DNA from: Haplodiscus bocki
Taxonomy: Eukaryota
Assembly: GCA_965655095.1 (NCBI GenBank)
Contig: OZ296652.1
Span: forward strand, 24,428,001-24,492,000
Reading direction: 5' to 3'
DNA length: 64,000 bases
Shown here in pieces: positions 40,351-53,133 of the stretch. The stretch's first letter is position 1. Every line of letters starts with the position of its first letter. Below the pieces are notes generated by a model that was given only the letters and a program-made list of their open reading frames with translations, was not told the DNA's origin and did not search any database. A program made the position numbers and the translations under genes.

Positions 40351-43300
40351 CTGCACTTGTTGAACGCTTCATATGAGGCGTTGATGTTTAGTGGCTAAAA
40401 TTAGTCACCCAGAATCAAAAATTTTTTGGTGAAATAATACTTGTTCTTAGCGTTTGGTGCAAGCATGTGGAAAAAAGGCTGTTTCTCACACATCCGAACG
40501 AATAGCAATGCTTGTACTCCGGGTGTACGTAAGCTTTCCTCCGTCGTTTGCCGCCAGAAAAAAAAAGGAGGACCGAGCGAAAAACAGAACTCACGCGAAG
40601 AAATTGAGCTGTCCTAAGCGCTTTTCTCTTAAACATTCGGCAAATCTACACTTAGACCACTAAAAAGATTTTCAAGCTCCATGATGGTGTTGGGAGCCGT
40701 TCCTTGAAACAGAGTTAACGTTTTATTTTCGAAAACTTTAATAACTTGTCAAGTAACAAAACTTCACCAAAAAACGAGAATGACAAACGGATTTGACGAT
40801 CTCTTGCGAAACAAAACTCCAAAAGAACTCGGAAATTTTTCTCGAGCTGCGAATTTCTCAATCAATAATTCTGAGTTCAATCGAAATATGTTGAAACAAC
40901 AATCAAGTTCTGTTCAGGACTTCACACTACTGAGAAGACCTAAGAACACGGAATTTTTTATTCTCGCGAAAACTTCTAGCGGAACAGCGCCAAAAGAAAA
41001 ATCCGGAGTTTTCCGACGGACATAAGACCTACTTGACCACTCACAAAAAATCAAAAAGTGATTCAAACCAAACAAAGTACTTACGCGATATGCAGGTGGT
41101 GAGGTGGTGAAAACAAGACTTTGAACCGTGGTCAATAACTTAGGCACCAATCGTAGGCATATGATACTGATGCTAGCAACTTTCTATTACCTGCTCTAAA
41201 CATTTCGGATAAAATCCGTTTCTTGCTGCAAATACGTTTCCAGTGAAAAGATTTCGGACACCTAAAAGTTGGGATGCATGCTTTTCCTACACTTTTTCGA
41301 GAAACTAGAACGCTCCAATTTTTACACCTTGGTATAAAATAATTCAAAGTCACGAAACGCAGAAAGTTTGTCATTAGAAGTGCACAACTTCTACATTCGA
41401 GATTCGTCTCCGAGAGAAAACGACACTAGCCATTGAAAAAGGTTCCTTTCCTTTTCCAAACTATGTAGGTGGAATTAAGAAAGAGGCGGTGTCGCTGGAA
41501 TGTTTTCGAAAAAAGGTGTGCAGAAATCAGAGGTCGAACAAATAAGACAAAAAATTCAAAACCTTTAGGACTAATCAGTGAAGTGTTGATTGAGAATTTG
41601 ATGGAAAAATTCAAGCTTTAGACATCAAAGTTCTTGAATATCGACAAAACAATAAAAATTATTGAACTCTCCACATTTTCATGCCCGTCAGGATTCCCAT
41701 GCTCGTGAAAAAATCATCAGTTTTCATCTCAAAGAGTGACTAGCTGATAGAACGCTGTCAATTCAAACATTGATGGTACATGTCAAGCCGAAACTTATCC
41801 ACAAATACGAATAAAAATCTCCGAGTTTTTCAAAAATTATTTTTTGGGCATTTTGGTCACACATGATTCCTACGTAACGAAAAGCAGGCAATGCTTTTTC
41901 TACCGAGTAGTCCTCTCCTACTTTTTTGAAAAAAAAACTTCTGATTTAGACCTTGGCAGGAGAAATGCAGCAATTTGGGTTGAAGGAAAATGAATTTGAA
42001 CTTCGAGAGATGTCGATAAAAATGGCTCTTTCTGCAAATTTTCAAATCTCAATGGAAGGAAGAAAAGTTATTACATTTAAAGGAAAAAGCTCTGCTGACA
42101 AAGGAAGCTGTCAATTGACATTTCTCTAGAAGAATTGAGTCAGGCAGTTTCAGAGAAAAAAGTTTCAAAATCACGGACGATCAATTTTAACAGCGCTTCT
42201 TTGCATTTTCGCAATGTGGTTATCATAGAACAGTGTGAAGTACCGAAAAAAAAATCGGAGTGGTTTGTAGTTTTTCGTGCCGGAAAAAAATCAGATACCC
42301 AAAAAAACGCTGCCACAATTTGGCAACGTATTGCAATCATTCAATTTCAATTTCATGAAAAACTTTTATACTTGCGAAGTCAATTATCAGAGAAAAAAAT
42401 AATACATGGACGAACTGGAATGCCACCTCATTCTCCACCGCTGTTGTCACTTCATCAAAACAGCAATACATTTGGTTAAATCAGAGACAGAAGTGGCTAA
42501 TTTGGCAACTAGCCATTAAAAAATTTGTTAGAACAACGGAAGTTGAAACAATTTCAGTTTTCATTTGCAAAACATAAATTTTAGCAATGAAGATTGGGAG
42601 CAGTCTTCAAAGGCTGCTCCGCTGACACTCCAAGCCACACACAGTAAAATGAAAATCGGATGGAGCCAATCAGACAACTAATCATAGACTACTGAACTAA
42701 GAATGTAAAGACAACCTTGAATGCTTCGAGGAAAAATGAATTTCTCTGGAAATTTTCAAAACTGAGGTCCTAACTGCAACTCAACACAATCAGAAGGCAA
42801 AGATAAAAGAAAAAGGCAAACAAAAACATAGTTCTACTGCTACATACGAAAGAAAACATTTTTGAAGATGAATTCGAGTGAAATCCTCATCATATTTTCA
42901 ATAACAAGTCACGTTTATCCGGAATAAAAAGTATTAATCAAAAGCACCAATTACAAAAAAAGGGTTATCTTCTGAAAAGAACTAGAGCAAATATATTTTT
43001 ATTGAACGCTGCGCGCGGCACTAGCGACGGCAGTCGAAAGCACCGCCTGAAATAACTCTGTTCTGTGGCAACACTGAGAAAAACAAAATTGCAGTTGTGT
43101 GCAGTCACCAAAGGGCCTCTTTTGACTCTAAGTTGGTTGCCAATTGCACAAAAAGTCAATTTCTTGGTGACGAGGAGCAAACTATTTTCGACATTACACA
43201 AAAACTACCAAAAACGAACATTAATTTCAGTCTCAAACTGCTTTACATTCCAAGACTAACATAAAGTACGCACTTAACGATTAAAACCCGTATTTGTCAG

Positions 43301-43739
43301 CTGATCCGCGTGCAAAATTCAATTTTTACGATTAGCCAACATGTCCAATGTTGACGAATTTGGCAGCATGATCCTGGTAAATTACTTTAGACGGAAGACG
43401 CAAGAAGAAACAGATTCTTTTTCTTCTTTGCATTTCTAGACAATTTGCTCAACAAAGCAAAACAAAACAAAGACCAATTCTGGTACTCTGAAAAAAATCG
43501 CATACTGTGAGATATGCAATAGGGGCTTTTTGGACGGTTGTAATAAAAAGATTCCCGGTAACAAAGCTTCTGACGAAAGATGAAAATTTTTTATGTGTAT
43601 CTCCTACAACTTTTAACTTCTTGCTGAAGAAGTACGGCTTGAAAGAGCCATCCTCCTCCCTCAATCTTTCACGCCACAGTCAGTTGATTTAGCCCTGAAT
43701 TCAAGAAATACGAATATCCGACCAGTATTCTTCAAGAAA

Positions 43740-44465
43740 AACAATGGACGGCACAAGTAAAAAAGACTGCTCGAATTTCAAAACACAAGTTAAAGTACTT
43801 CGCGACAAAAGTTTAAACTTGACCATCGCCGCTGCTCCTGAGAAACTACAGGCGGCGAGTATTTCATTCAATAATAGGCGGACCCTACCTCAACACTAGT
43901 CATGACAATAAACCCTATTAACAAACGATAGAAGAATGGACCTCTTCGACTTCTCAAACACAAATTACAAGGCTACGCAACAAAAGTTAACAACAGAAAA
44001 CCCTGCCGTCTCATCAGAATTGAGAGGGAACGGATGGTTGAATCATCATTAGCTGGTGCTTGTTTCAAACACTATTCACGAAGATAAACATTTCTGAAGC
44101 ACGAAAAAAATCTCTGCGAAACGATTTTATAAAGTCCCGCTACAAGAGTCGGAAGTAGAATATGAAACCAGCTAACGCGAAGCTACAGATAGTGAATAGT
44201 TAAACAGCAAAGAAAGCAGCACATGGACCCAACTCGACTTTTCGTCAAGAAATTGAACACGTTTAACGGATGTCACAAGAGAAAACGACTTTGAGTTTTC
44301 AAACACAAGTCACGGTACTTCGCAACATATGTTTGAAATTGTCACTCCCGCTATCTCATCGATAGCAACACAAAAAATTGCTGAACGAGCACTGCGTGAA
44401 TTCAACTGGACCAATAATTTTCAGGAAAAAACTTTCAAGTAGCGACACAAGTTAAAACATCGTTA
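43740..44465. repeat. Old degenerate direct repeats with irregular ~140-200 bp spacing
   Basis: CAAACACAAGTTAAAGTACTTCGCGACAAAAGTTT-like motif at ~43,779, ~43,954 and ~44,299, with weaker copies at ~44,097 and ~44,442. Confidence 0.55.
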
Positions 44466-45589
44466 ATTTTCCAATTTCATATCAAAAACCACCACACTTC
44501 ATGTTCAACTGTCTTTGTTTCATTAGAAGTCAATTGTCAAGAACCATTATGAAGAACAACTGGAATTCCTTGACTCAAAAACTGTTTATGGTTGTGGGTC
44601 TTCAGAAATGGTCACTGGTATATCAACAAGCACGTTAGTACTTGAATTTTTCCCGCCCTCGGAATTGGGTAGCAGTACCCTCGGAGTAGCAATATACGTG
44701 CACTCACTTATACTTGATGATAATTTTCTGAAGTTCCTTGAATTACACTTGTTTGTTTTTTTCCAGCTTAAGGAATTGTCCCGGCAGATTTTTAGGCAAC
44801 CCGAGGAACCGTGGCTCAAACGTTCACAATTTTACGAAGGTATTTCAAGTTTTTGATGTCACAACTTGGACCAACTTCTATTGTAAAGCCTAATTCTGTA
44901 CTAATTGTTATTGCTCTCCGTCGAAAAATTTTTTTGAAAGGCAAATACTCATTTCAGTAGCAGGAGACTTTTTCCTTTTCCTGAAACTGCCCATAACGCG
45001 CAAACTTCGTGTTGCAGAATAGGTACTTGCTTAAAAAATCCATAGGTGTCGGTTGTCACAGATGTTAGGTGTAGCCCAAAGGCAGCGGGTTGTAATATTT
45101 TAAGAAATTCGTCAACAAAATCTCATTTCTTAATAAAAAAAGGGCTTTCTCCGACAAAACTTAAGGTTTTTTGATTGGTGGGTTCTTTCTCAAAATTTAT
45201 TCATTTCCCATAACCGAAACGAATCGCTATTTGTCAATAAATTTGAAAAAAAACTGAGATATTTTTTCGATTTCCTAAAACACCGAAAGTTTTTAAATCT
45301 GCTAGAGAGCTTAACTAGAAATGAAAAACGTCTTCTTTTCAGTTTTCTGGTAGCAGTTTTCTTTGCTCTTTTAGCTTCTCTGGGCTCAGAAAAAAAATTA
45401 TTTCAAAAAACATCTATTGGAACAAATCCTTCTGCGATCTTGGCATTGAGGGAATGCCAAAAACCAAAACTAGTGTAGATTTTCCTTGATGTTCCAACTC
45501 ACTTCTCTCCAAAGTTACACGGTTCAGTTTTTTCGTATTGGTTTCGATCACAAGCTGTGTACTTCTTAAAAAGTATTCCATCGAAAAAT

Positions 45590-47200
45590 CATTTGTTTGT
45601 TTCTTGCCTCAGAATCCTGGTAGACCGGTAATGTGAAAAATTGCCATCAGTAGGAAAAATTTCAATTCTCAAAACTTCATCCCGTCAGAACGACCGTGCT
45701 GATTTCTTTGATCGAGATCAACATCGAAAGTTTTCAAAATCTGGCGAACCATTCGACTGAGCAACTGTCTGTTTTGTTCCTTGCATCAGAATCCTGATAG
45801 TCTGAAAAATCCAAAAAGTGCTATCAATATTGGTTCATTTCGGTATTCAAACTGAAACTTCTCTGGAACTACAGGTTTTATTTCATCCAGGAAGATTTCT
45901 ACCGAAAACTTTATACTTTTAGAGGAGCAATTAAACTTTAGAAACATTCTTTTTCATCCTTGCATGAAATTCCTGGTGGTCCAAAAAATACCAAAAGTGC
46001 AACGAATAATAATTTTACTCGGTCTTCAAACTCATATTTCCCCGCAACTGCGCTCTTGATTTCCTTCATGAAGGACTGAATCAAAAGCATCAAACTTAAG
46101 GACAGCGACTCGATTAAAAAATCAGTCATTTTGTTCCTTGCCTCAGAATCGTGATAATTCGAAACTTCCAAAACGTTGTTTTGATTTTAACTCATTTCAA
46201 TGTTCAAACTCATTTTTCTTCGTAGCTTCAAGCTCGACTTCTTCAATCAAAATTTCAATGGACAACTTTACACGAGTAAGAGATTTCGATTTGAAAATCG
46301 TTGTTTCTTCATCTTTCTTTCAGTAATCCGATAGTACGAACATTCTAGATTGTGCTAATAAAATTATTTCATCACCAGAAACGAACTCTCTTTTCTCCGT
46401 AACTACGGGCTTATTTTCTTTCATCAAATTGTCAGTGGACAACTTTTGGTCCTAAAAGAAAAGTGGATTTCAATATCTTTGCTTTTTCTATTGCGTTGGA
46501 TTTTTGATAGCTCGAGTTTGCCAAAGAACTGATAATAAATTTGACATTTTTTTGATCTTCCAACTGATAGCTCTCCATAGTCACAGACTTGTTTTCTTGC
46601 TTCAAGGTATCAATCCAAAGTTTCCAGGTTTTGTTGGACTACTATATATATAAAATGATTGATTTCGTTCTTTGGATTGGAGTGCAGATAGTACAAGAAA
46701 ACAAAGAGTGCTGTTAAATTTGATAAATCCAATTATTCAAGCTCTTTTATGCACAACAACTGGCTTGATGAAAGCCACAAAGGTGTTAATAGAAAAGTTT
46801 GCTTTTTTGCATAATTATTACTAATCAAAATTAATCAATTCCATTCCTGCATCGAAATCTAGACAGTCAAAAACTGACAGACGTTTTCATAGAACTGACT
46901 CATCTCGACTTTCACTCTGGTACTTCTCCAAAAATACTGTTTTGATTTCTTTCTTCACGGTCCCAATCCGAAGTTTTCTTTTTGTGTTGGAAATTTTGAA
47001 AAGTTGATTGATTTTCACCCATGCAGTGGAATTTTGATGGACCAGAGATGCCAGAAAGTGCTATTAGTTTGACATGCTTCGATTTTCAAGCTCGTTTTTC
47101 TTCAACTCTACCGTCTTCATGTCACCATCAAGGTGTCAATCGATAGCTTTCAACTTGAGGCGAACTTGTGGTTTCTCAATGTCATGAATTTTAATCTCTA
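45590..47200. repeat. Degenerate ~177-180-bp tandem repeat, about 9 copies
   Basis: The anchor CTTGC(A/C)TCAGAATCCTGATAG and variants occur at ~45,603, 45,780, 45,959, 46,137, 46,315, 46,490, 46,671, 46,846 and 47,020. Confidence 0.7.
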
Positions 47201-47794
47201 AATCGGAATTAAAGTGTTCATTGACAAAGAAAGGCAAATATGCTGCTATTTTTGAGCCATCTCGATATTCCCTCCTCCTCCTCGAAAACTATGGATTTGA
47301 CTTCTATCAAGGTCTGAATTGACGGTGCTACTTTTTAAGACGACTATAATGTGGAATACTTCTTTATTTTGCGTTTTAGATTGGAATGTTCATAGGCCGA
47401 ACATGTGAAAATGTCCAATCAATTTTCCTAATTTGTCAATTTCCGAAATCGTAATGCTGTAAAGCTACACGCTTGAGTTCTTGAGACAAGGTGACCGTCG
47501 AGACTTTGTAAAACCAATAATTGGTTTCTTTGTAAAAGTGATTTGTTAAATATACGATCAGTTTTTTTACGCCCCATTGACAAAAAATATCGCAGTGCAA
47601 CTCCGCTTCTTGTTTGATCTTTGTACAAAAAGAACTTGTCCCAAAAGGAAGATTATCAACTTATTTGATAGTTTTTTTTCCGTCTCATTCTGCCTGAATA
47701 TTTAGGCTACTCTCTATCATTGCTGTAACTGTCTGAAGTAAAATGCCATGATGAAGAAGGCAGTTTCGAAATCGAAAAGTACTGTTAAGAATCT

Positions 47795-47800
47795 TCCATC
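47795..47800 (+). other. Left target-site duplication TCCATC
   Basis: TCCATC immediately precedes the AGTAG terminus and recurs directly after the CTACT terminus at 61,443-61,448. Confidence 0.85.
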
Positions 47801-50800
47801 AGTAGAATTGTAAGGGGTGATTTAGTGCTATTTTGGCTCATCTGCAGCTTTTGCAAAAATCAAGAAAGTTCTGCAGTATTTTGACCAAGAAAATTTCTTT
47901 GACAGCTTAATGACAAGTGAAACCACAGAAGCGAACCTAAATTAGATTTGACAGTTAAATGCAATTTTTGACTCCCAAACCTAAAATATTCCAAGTCAAA
48001 AAGTTCAAAATACAATTTTAAACGAAACTGATTTTTGTTGACTGAGTACACAGTAAATAAACCAACTGTCAAATTTTGTTGACAATGCAAACTTTTCCAC
48101 GTAGATTTGACAGTTCTACAAATTTTTCTCGGAATAAATTTGACATCTGTTTGCGAGCCATCCATTATATGACAAAAATTTCCACATCGACAGAAATTAT
48201 ACAAGTTTTGGGAAAAAACCATCTTTTTTTCCAAAAAACCCCAATTTGGCACGTTTTGAGAAATCGCACTTTTTCAGTCGCATTCTACGGACAAAAAATT
48301 TTCAAGCTCACACCCCGATATTAGCGTCAAGTCAGACATTATCAATTGGCGAAAACGTAAAAATCTTTCAATTTCAGCTTTTTGAGTGTATTATTTTCTT
48401 TCCATATTTAACTTTAGGCTGAAAATAACAAAAGTCTGAATGAGTCCAAAACAGCAATGGGCAACACTTGAACGTTAGTTTTACAATGCCAAAAACCAAA
48501 AGACATTCTGAAAAGCCGTGGTTTAGCAAACTTACATCAGAAGAGACAGTTCTGGATTTCTGAATTCAGTTAAACATTTGATGCATAACTGACCAAGTCC
48601 AAAATTCATGCTGCAAAACAATTAAATGACAGTGTGAAACTATTCAAAACCCAAAAAAATTAAAGAACTCCAACTGGAACTATGGTAACCCAACCAATCC
48701 AACTGTTTCATGAATAAGTTTGGGTGAGTCCAAAAACATATTGGAAGGACAAATAAGTGTCGCAACGCCTCAATCCAAAAGACTCCGAAAAAACCGTTCT
48801 TTCCCAAACAGATATCAAAAACTGGTTTTACAACTTCGAACTTAGATAGATGTTTGTGGGCGAGTCCAAAAACTGCAAAACGGTTCAAAGTCCAGCAGGA
48901 ATACACTTAAATTGTAATAATTTGGGAAATCCCAAATACATTGGGAGCAATTGAACAATACTATTCTAAAGCGAGAAACTTAAAAAACTCTCCAAAGAGT
49001 CTTGCTTTGCAGAATCATGTCGGAAGGGTTGTTCTGGACCTGTAACTAGACTTTTGATATACAAGTCTTATGGAGCAAGTCATCTTCTGGAAAAGCCAAC
49101 TCAACCCTCAATGCCGATGACCAAAAGGGTTGTTGGAAACCTCACTGTTTCTTCCAATGCACATCAAAAACGTGATTTTAGACTTTTTAACTATTCAACA
49201 AATTTTTTCAAGCGTTAGACTTAACGAGCCCAAAATTTGTTGAAAAACAACCAAGCGTTGCCATCACATTATATAAAACCAAAACACGTTCTAAAAGTGC
49301 CGTGCTGTTGCAAACTCATTGACAAATTGAAGCTTCACTCCCCCGAATTATATTGAACAATTGGATAGCCTTGTGGAAGCCCAAAAGCAAATTGGAAGCA
49401 ATTAAACATTACTACTATATTGCGGAAAGCAAAAAAGTTGTCTGAAGCTGCCGTGATTTGATAATTCATCTCAAAAAACTTTTATACACCTTCGGCTTCA
49501 ACAAAACAAGTACGTACAAGGTGAAAGGTACTGGTAACCCGATAGCCATATTGGAAAACAAATGACGTTTAGCCTCATAATACATAAAACGAAAATCATT
49601 TCAGAAAACTCCATGCTTTGGAAAAATCCCAGAAAAGAAGGGTGCTTCTAGTCGTCTCAAGTAAATTAAATTTTTGATGTACAGCCTTGCAAAAGGCGAA
49701 AATGTATAATGAAAGCAATGAATGGTGTTTCTTGAAATACGGAAACAGGTCTGTCTGAAAATTCCCCTATTTTGCACGTTGGAAAATGTTGCTCTAGAGC
49801 TCTGGCCTTAAGTAAACAAGTGATCTACAAGTCTGAGTGAGCCCACAAACCATACTGGAAAAAAATTGAGCGCAAGTCCAAGAAATCCGAAAAGTAAAGT
49901 CCTGGAAATGGATCATTTTCAAACTCACATCTGAAATTGCAGTTTATAATAAATGAAACTTTTGTTGTACAAGTCAGGGTGAGCTCATGTTTTGAATCAC
50001 TAACGTTAGTCTCACTACTTTACACAAAGTCTCTCAGAAGTCTGCACCTCACGCAGTTTGAAGCAAAATTGGTTAAAGTCATGCGAATGCAACTTAAGAT
50101 ATAAAGTAAAGTCTTGGGCGAGTCGCAAAACCACGTTGGGAAAACAACTGGACGTAAATTAGGCATGAACTTGAAAAAGAGGTATTTCTGAAAAAAACTG
50201 CGTGTTCCGGAAAATTGACGTGGAAAAAGTCCATTCAAGCATCCAAACATAAATGAAAAAAGGTACTGCATTCTCGATTGAGTTGAAACAGTGCAGTGAC
50301 AGCAATTCAAAGTTAGTTTCACGTGTGATAAAAGCAAGATTTTCTGAAAAGTCCATTCTGTGCAAAATCATATCAAAAATGTGTTTCAGGTTTCCTAACT
50401 GTAAAAACGCGTATTGTGCAACTGTTCAGCAATTGAACAACCTGTTTGAAAACAGTGAAAAGTTCACTGCAAATTGCTGAATCATAGAAGAAGTGCTTTT
50501 GTTTTTTAAGACATCAAAATTTGTGGTTGTCGACACCCGTTATTCACTGAAAATTTGATGTGCAAAACAGTGCGAGATCGAGAACAAGATTCCAAACAAC
50601 AAAATGAACTTTTTACTCAACTAACTGTCTTTCGCAAGTCTGTCCTCGCAAAAGTTTTAACCGTCGATCGATAAAACTTAGGGAGTGAGGTTTGCATACA
50701 AAAACACAACAGCAGGAATCCGATCCAAATCGATTCCAACTTTGCGGTAATACGTGAGTTTTTCGGCAATGTCTCATTGTAATCATGACAACATTCATAG

Positions 50801-53133
50801 CAAAGTACCATACAAATGTAATGAGGCTCAGTAAAAGGTTTTTTTTGAGCTTTGAAAACGACAAAAAATTTGGACAAACTTTATACGAAGCAATTTTTCC
50901 CGCATTTATGAACAATCAAAGTCCCAACAGTTTTCCAGTGCGAAAATTAGGTGCATGAAAATGGTATTCAATGCCGTTGCCATAAAAACAAGCTAATGTT
51001 TTATTGGTAAGTGAATCACTTGATGGAACTAGAAAATATTATACTAACAAGAAATGTTCTCCTGATCTGAAGGAAAAGACGAAACAGCGCTGTTTGAACT
51101 TTTGAAAGTTAATCCATACTGTTTCAAGTTTGATATCAAACGATTCAAATATTCAATTTAATTAACGGATCCACAAATGTCAGTTCAAAATGTGAAACTG
51201 TTGATGCAATGAAACAAACTACTGAAAATACTTCCCAAGAGTTATCGTCAGCATATCAGTTTTCAATTATCAATGTGTTTTTCCGTCTGTTTCTACTTTC
51301 ACCTCCAATCTTCCACATCAAACCTCATCAAAATGAAGAGCAAACCGGAAGTTCTTGGTGCTGAATAGCGATTAACGGCATGAAAAATGAAAAAAATTGA
51401 CTTCGACAAAACATAAAACCACAATCATGAGAACTTCCGCTCCATTTGAAACGCTGCATATTGATATTTTGCATTGAAAATTTGTCTGGATGCGTCAGTC
51501 AGCAATTTTCCAAGCCTCACTTGGGACATTGAGTATCCTCCATTTTCCCGTTTCCTTTTTGCCTTCCAAAACCAAGGGAAAAGAGGTTTCCTACTTTTGT
51601 TTAGGGGTTGAAGTCCGCAGTGCTTTCTAAACTGAAAAGCTCCTCAAACCTTCAAAAGGTAGTGTACTTCAGAAGGTAACTAAGGGCGATTGAAACTTTA
51701 GGCAAGGCAGCGAGTCGATCTCATAAGTCTTAGTTTGCCACGCTCTTTGCCAACCTCTCAACTAGAGTACCTTAATGAAAAGAATGAGCTGTCTTCCACA
51801 AGTAAAAATTCACTTAGCCTAATCCTGCTCTGCTAATTTCTTCATGGTAGGTGTGTTCTATGAAAAGAAAAGCTTTTGTTGTAACGTAGCTCGGCAATTT
51901 GTTGTTTCCTTTTGAAATAATTTTCGGGCAACTTGTAGTGTCTTTTTACACTAAGGATCATAAATTCTACTTTTTGGAAAAAAACCAAACTTCACTTCGA
52001 ACTTAGTGGGTAAAATGAGGCCTCAATAACGGAATTTCTCACTGCAATTGCTGGTTGTGCTTTTCAGTAACTCTCGATTCATGTCTGTAGGTTTTACAAC
52101 TGGGCAGAAACAAAATGAGCATTTTCTGTGTGGACCTCACCGAGCTAAACTTCAAGACTCTGGCCATAACGGATCCTCTCATGCCAGACATCTGAAAGGC
52201 TGTACTCAGTTTCAATCACTGTTCCTTGCTTTTAAACCGTGATGCCTTCGTTGTCTGGAAAGTAAATCGATAGTAAAGCGTAGGTGCTTACGCATACAAA
52301 AAGTGTCCCTTAGTTCAAATGATCGAGGTTCCTTGAAATCACCTGCGTTTCAATGCCATTTTTTGTCATCTTCACGGTTTCTGTTCTGTGGGAAAAACTT
52401 GGCAACTAACCAAAGTTGAAGAGCGACGGTTTGTTTTAAGTTTTTTTGTCATGCAGATATGCCAAACTTTTAGAGTACCCTTACAAGACGAGCCACATTG
52501 AGGATCAGTAGTGTGCCATGTTTGTTGTTGAACCTTGCTCAGCTAACAAGAAAGCGTCTCGACAACGCTCAAGTTGAAGTATCAAGAAAGCATTCTCATG
52601 AAATCAAGTAGAGGATCGAGCAAAGAATGAAGAAGAAGCGTGGGCACAAAGTTTTTCAAAAGCTCGACTGAAATAATTTTTGACTGGATCATACCACTGG
52701 AACGATTATTAGCTAGTATGATGTCTTTCAGTAACGTTTAGGAAAATATGGCAAACGACAAACTCCAAAATGCTCCCAAACCTGAAAACAAACATCTTCA
52801 AATTTTGGGCATCTTGATTGTTCGGTACTGAAGAAGGACCTCTTACATAAAGCACAAACCTTTTTTCACTTTTTTTCTATTGTATTCAAAGGTAGATCTT
52901 TGTTCTTTCATTTGCTGGAAGTTGCATTTTTCGCCAGACGAAAGACATTCAGCATTCAACAGTTCTAATCTCTCTGGTTTTGACCGAAGACCTCAGCATC
53001 TACTGGAAGCCATTCAGTTTCAGGTCACTCAAGAGTGCTGCTATCAAAACTATGCCAATTTGACAGGCCATATTTTCACAGAAATGCAAATTCAACAAAA
53101 ACCTGACTTTCGTCAACGCCTTCTGCAATTACT
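47801..53133 (+). repeat. Left inverted arm (~5.33 kb)
   Basis: Reverse complement of 56,105-61,442. Pairing ends at ...TTCTGCAATTACT (53,133) versus AGTAATTGCAGTAGG (56,105). Confidence 0.95.
48425..50160. repeat. Ancient ~150-bp degenerate tandem repeat inside the arm, mirrored at ~59,080-60,815
   Basis: TACAAGTC(T)GGGTGAGTCCAAAA..CATATTGGAA-like anchor at ~48,430, 48,590, 48,715, 48,855, 49,060, 49,215, 49,368, 49,530, 49,680, 49,827, 49,967 and 50,105. Confidence 0.6.

Noticed and set aside
40780-41400. Possible DNA-transposase remnant
   Set aside because: Only vague peptide resemblance; no catalytic motif or TIR could be supported.
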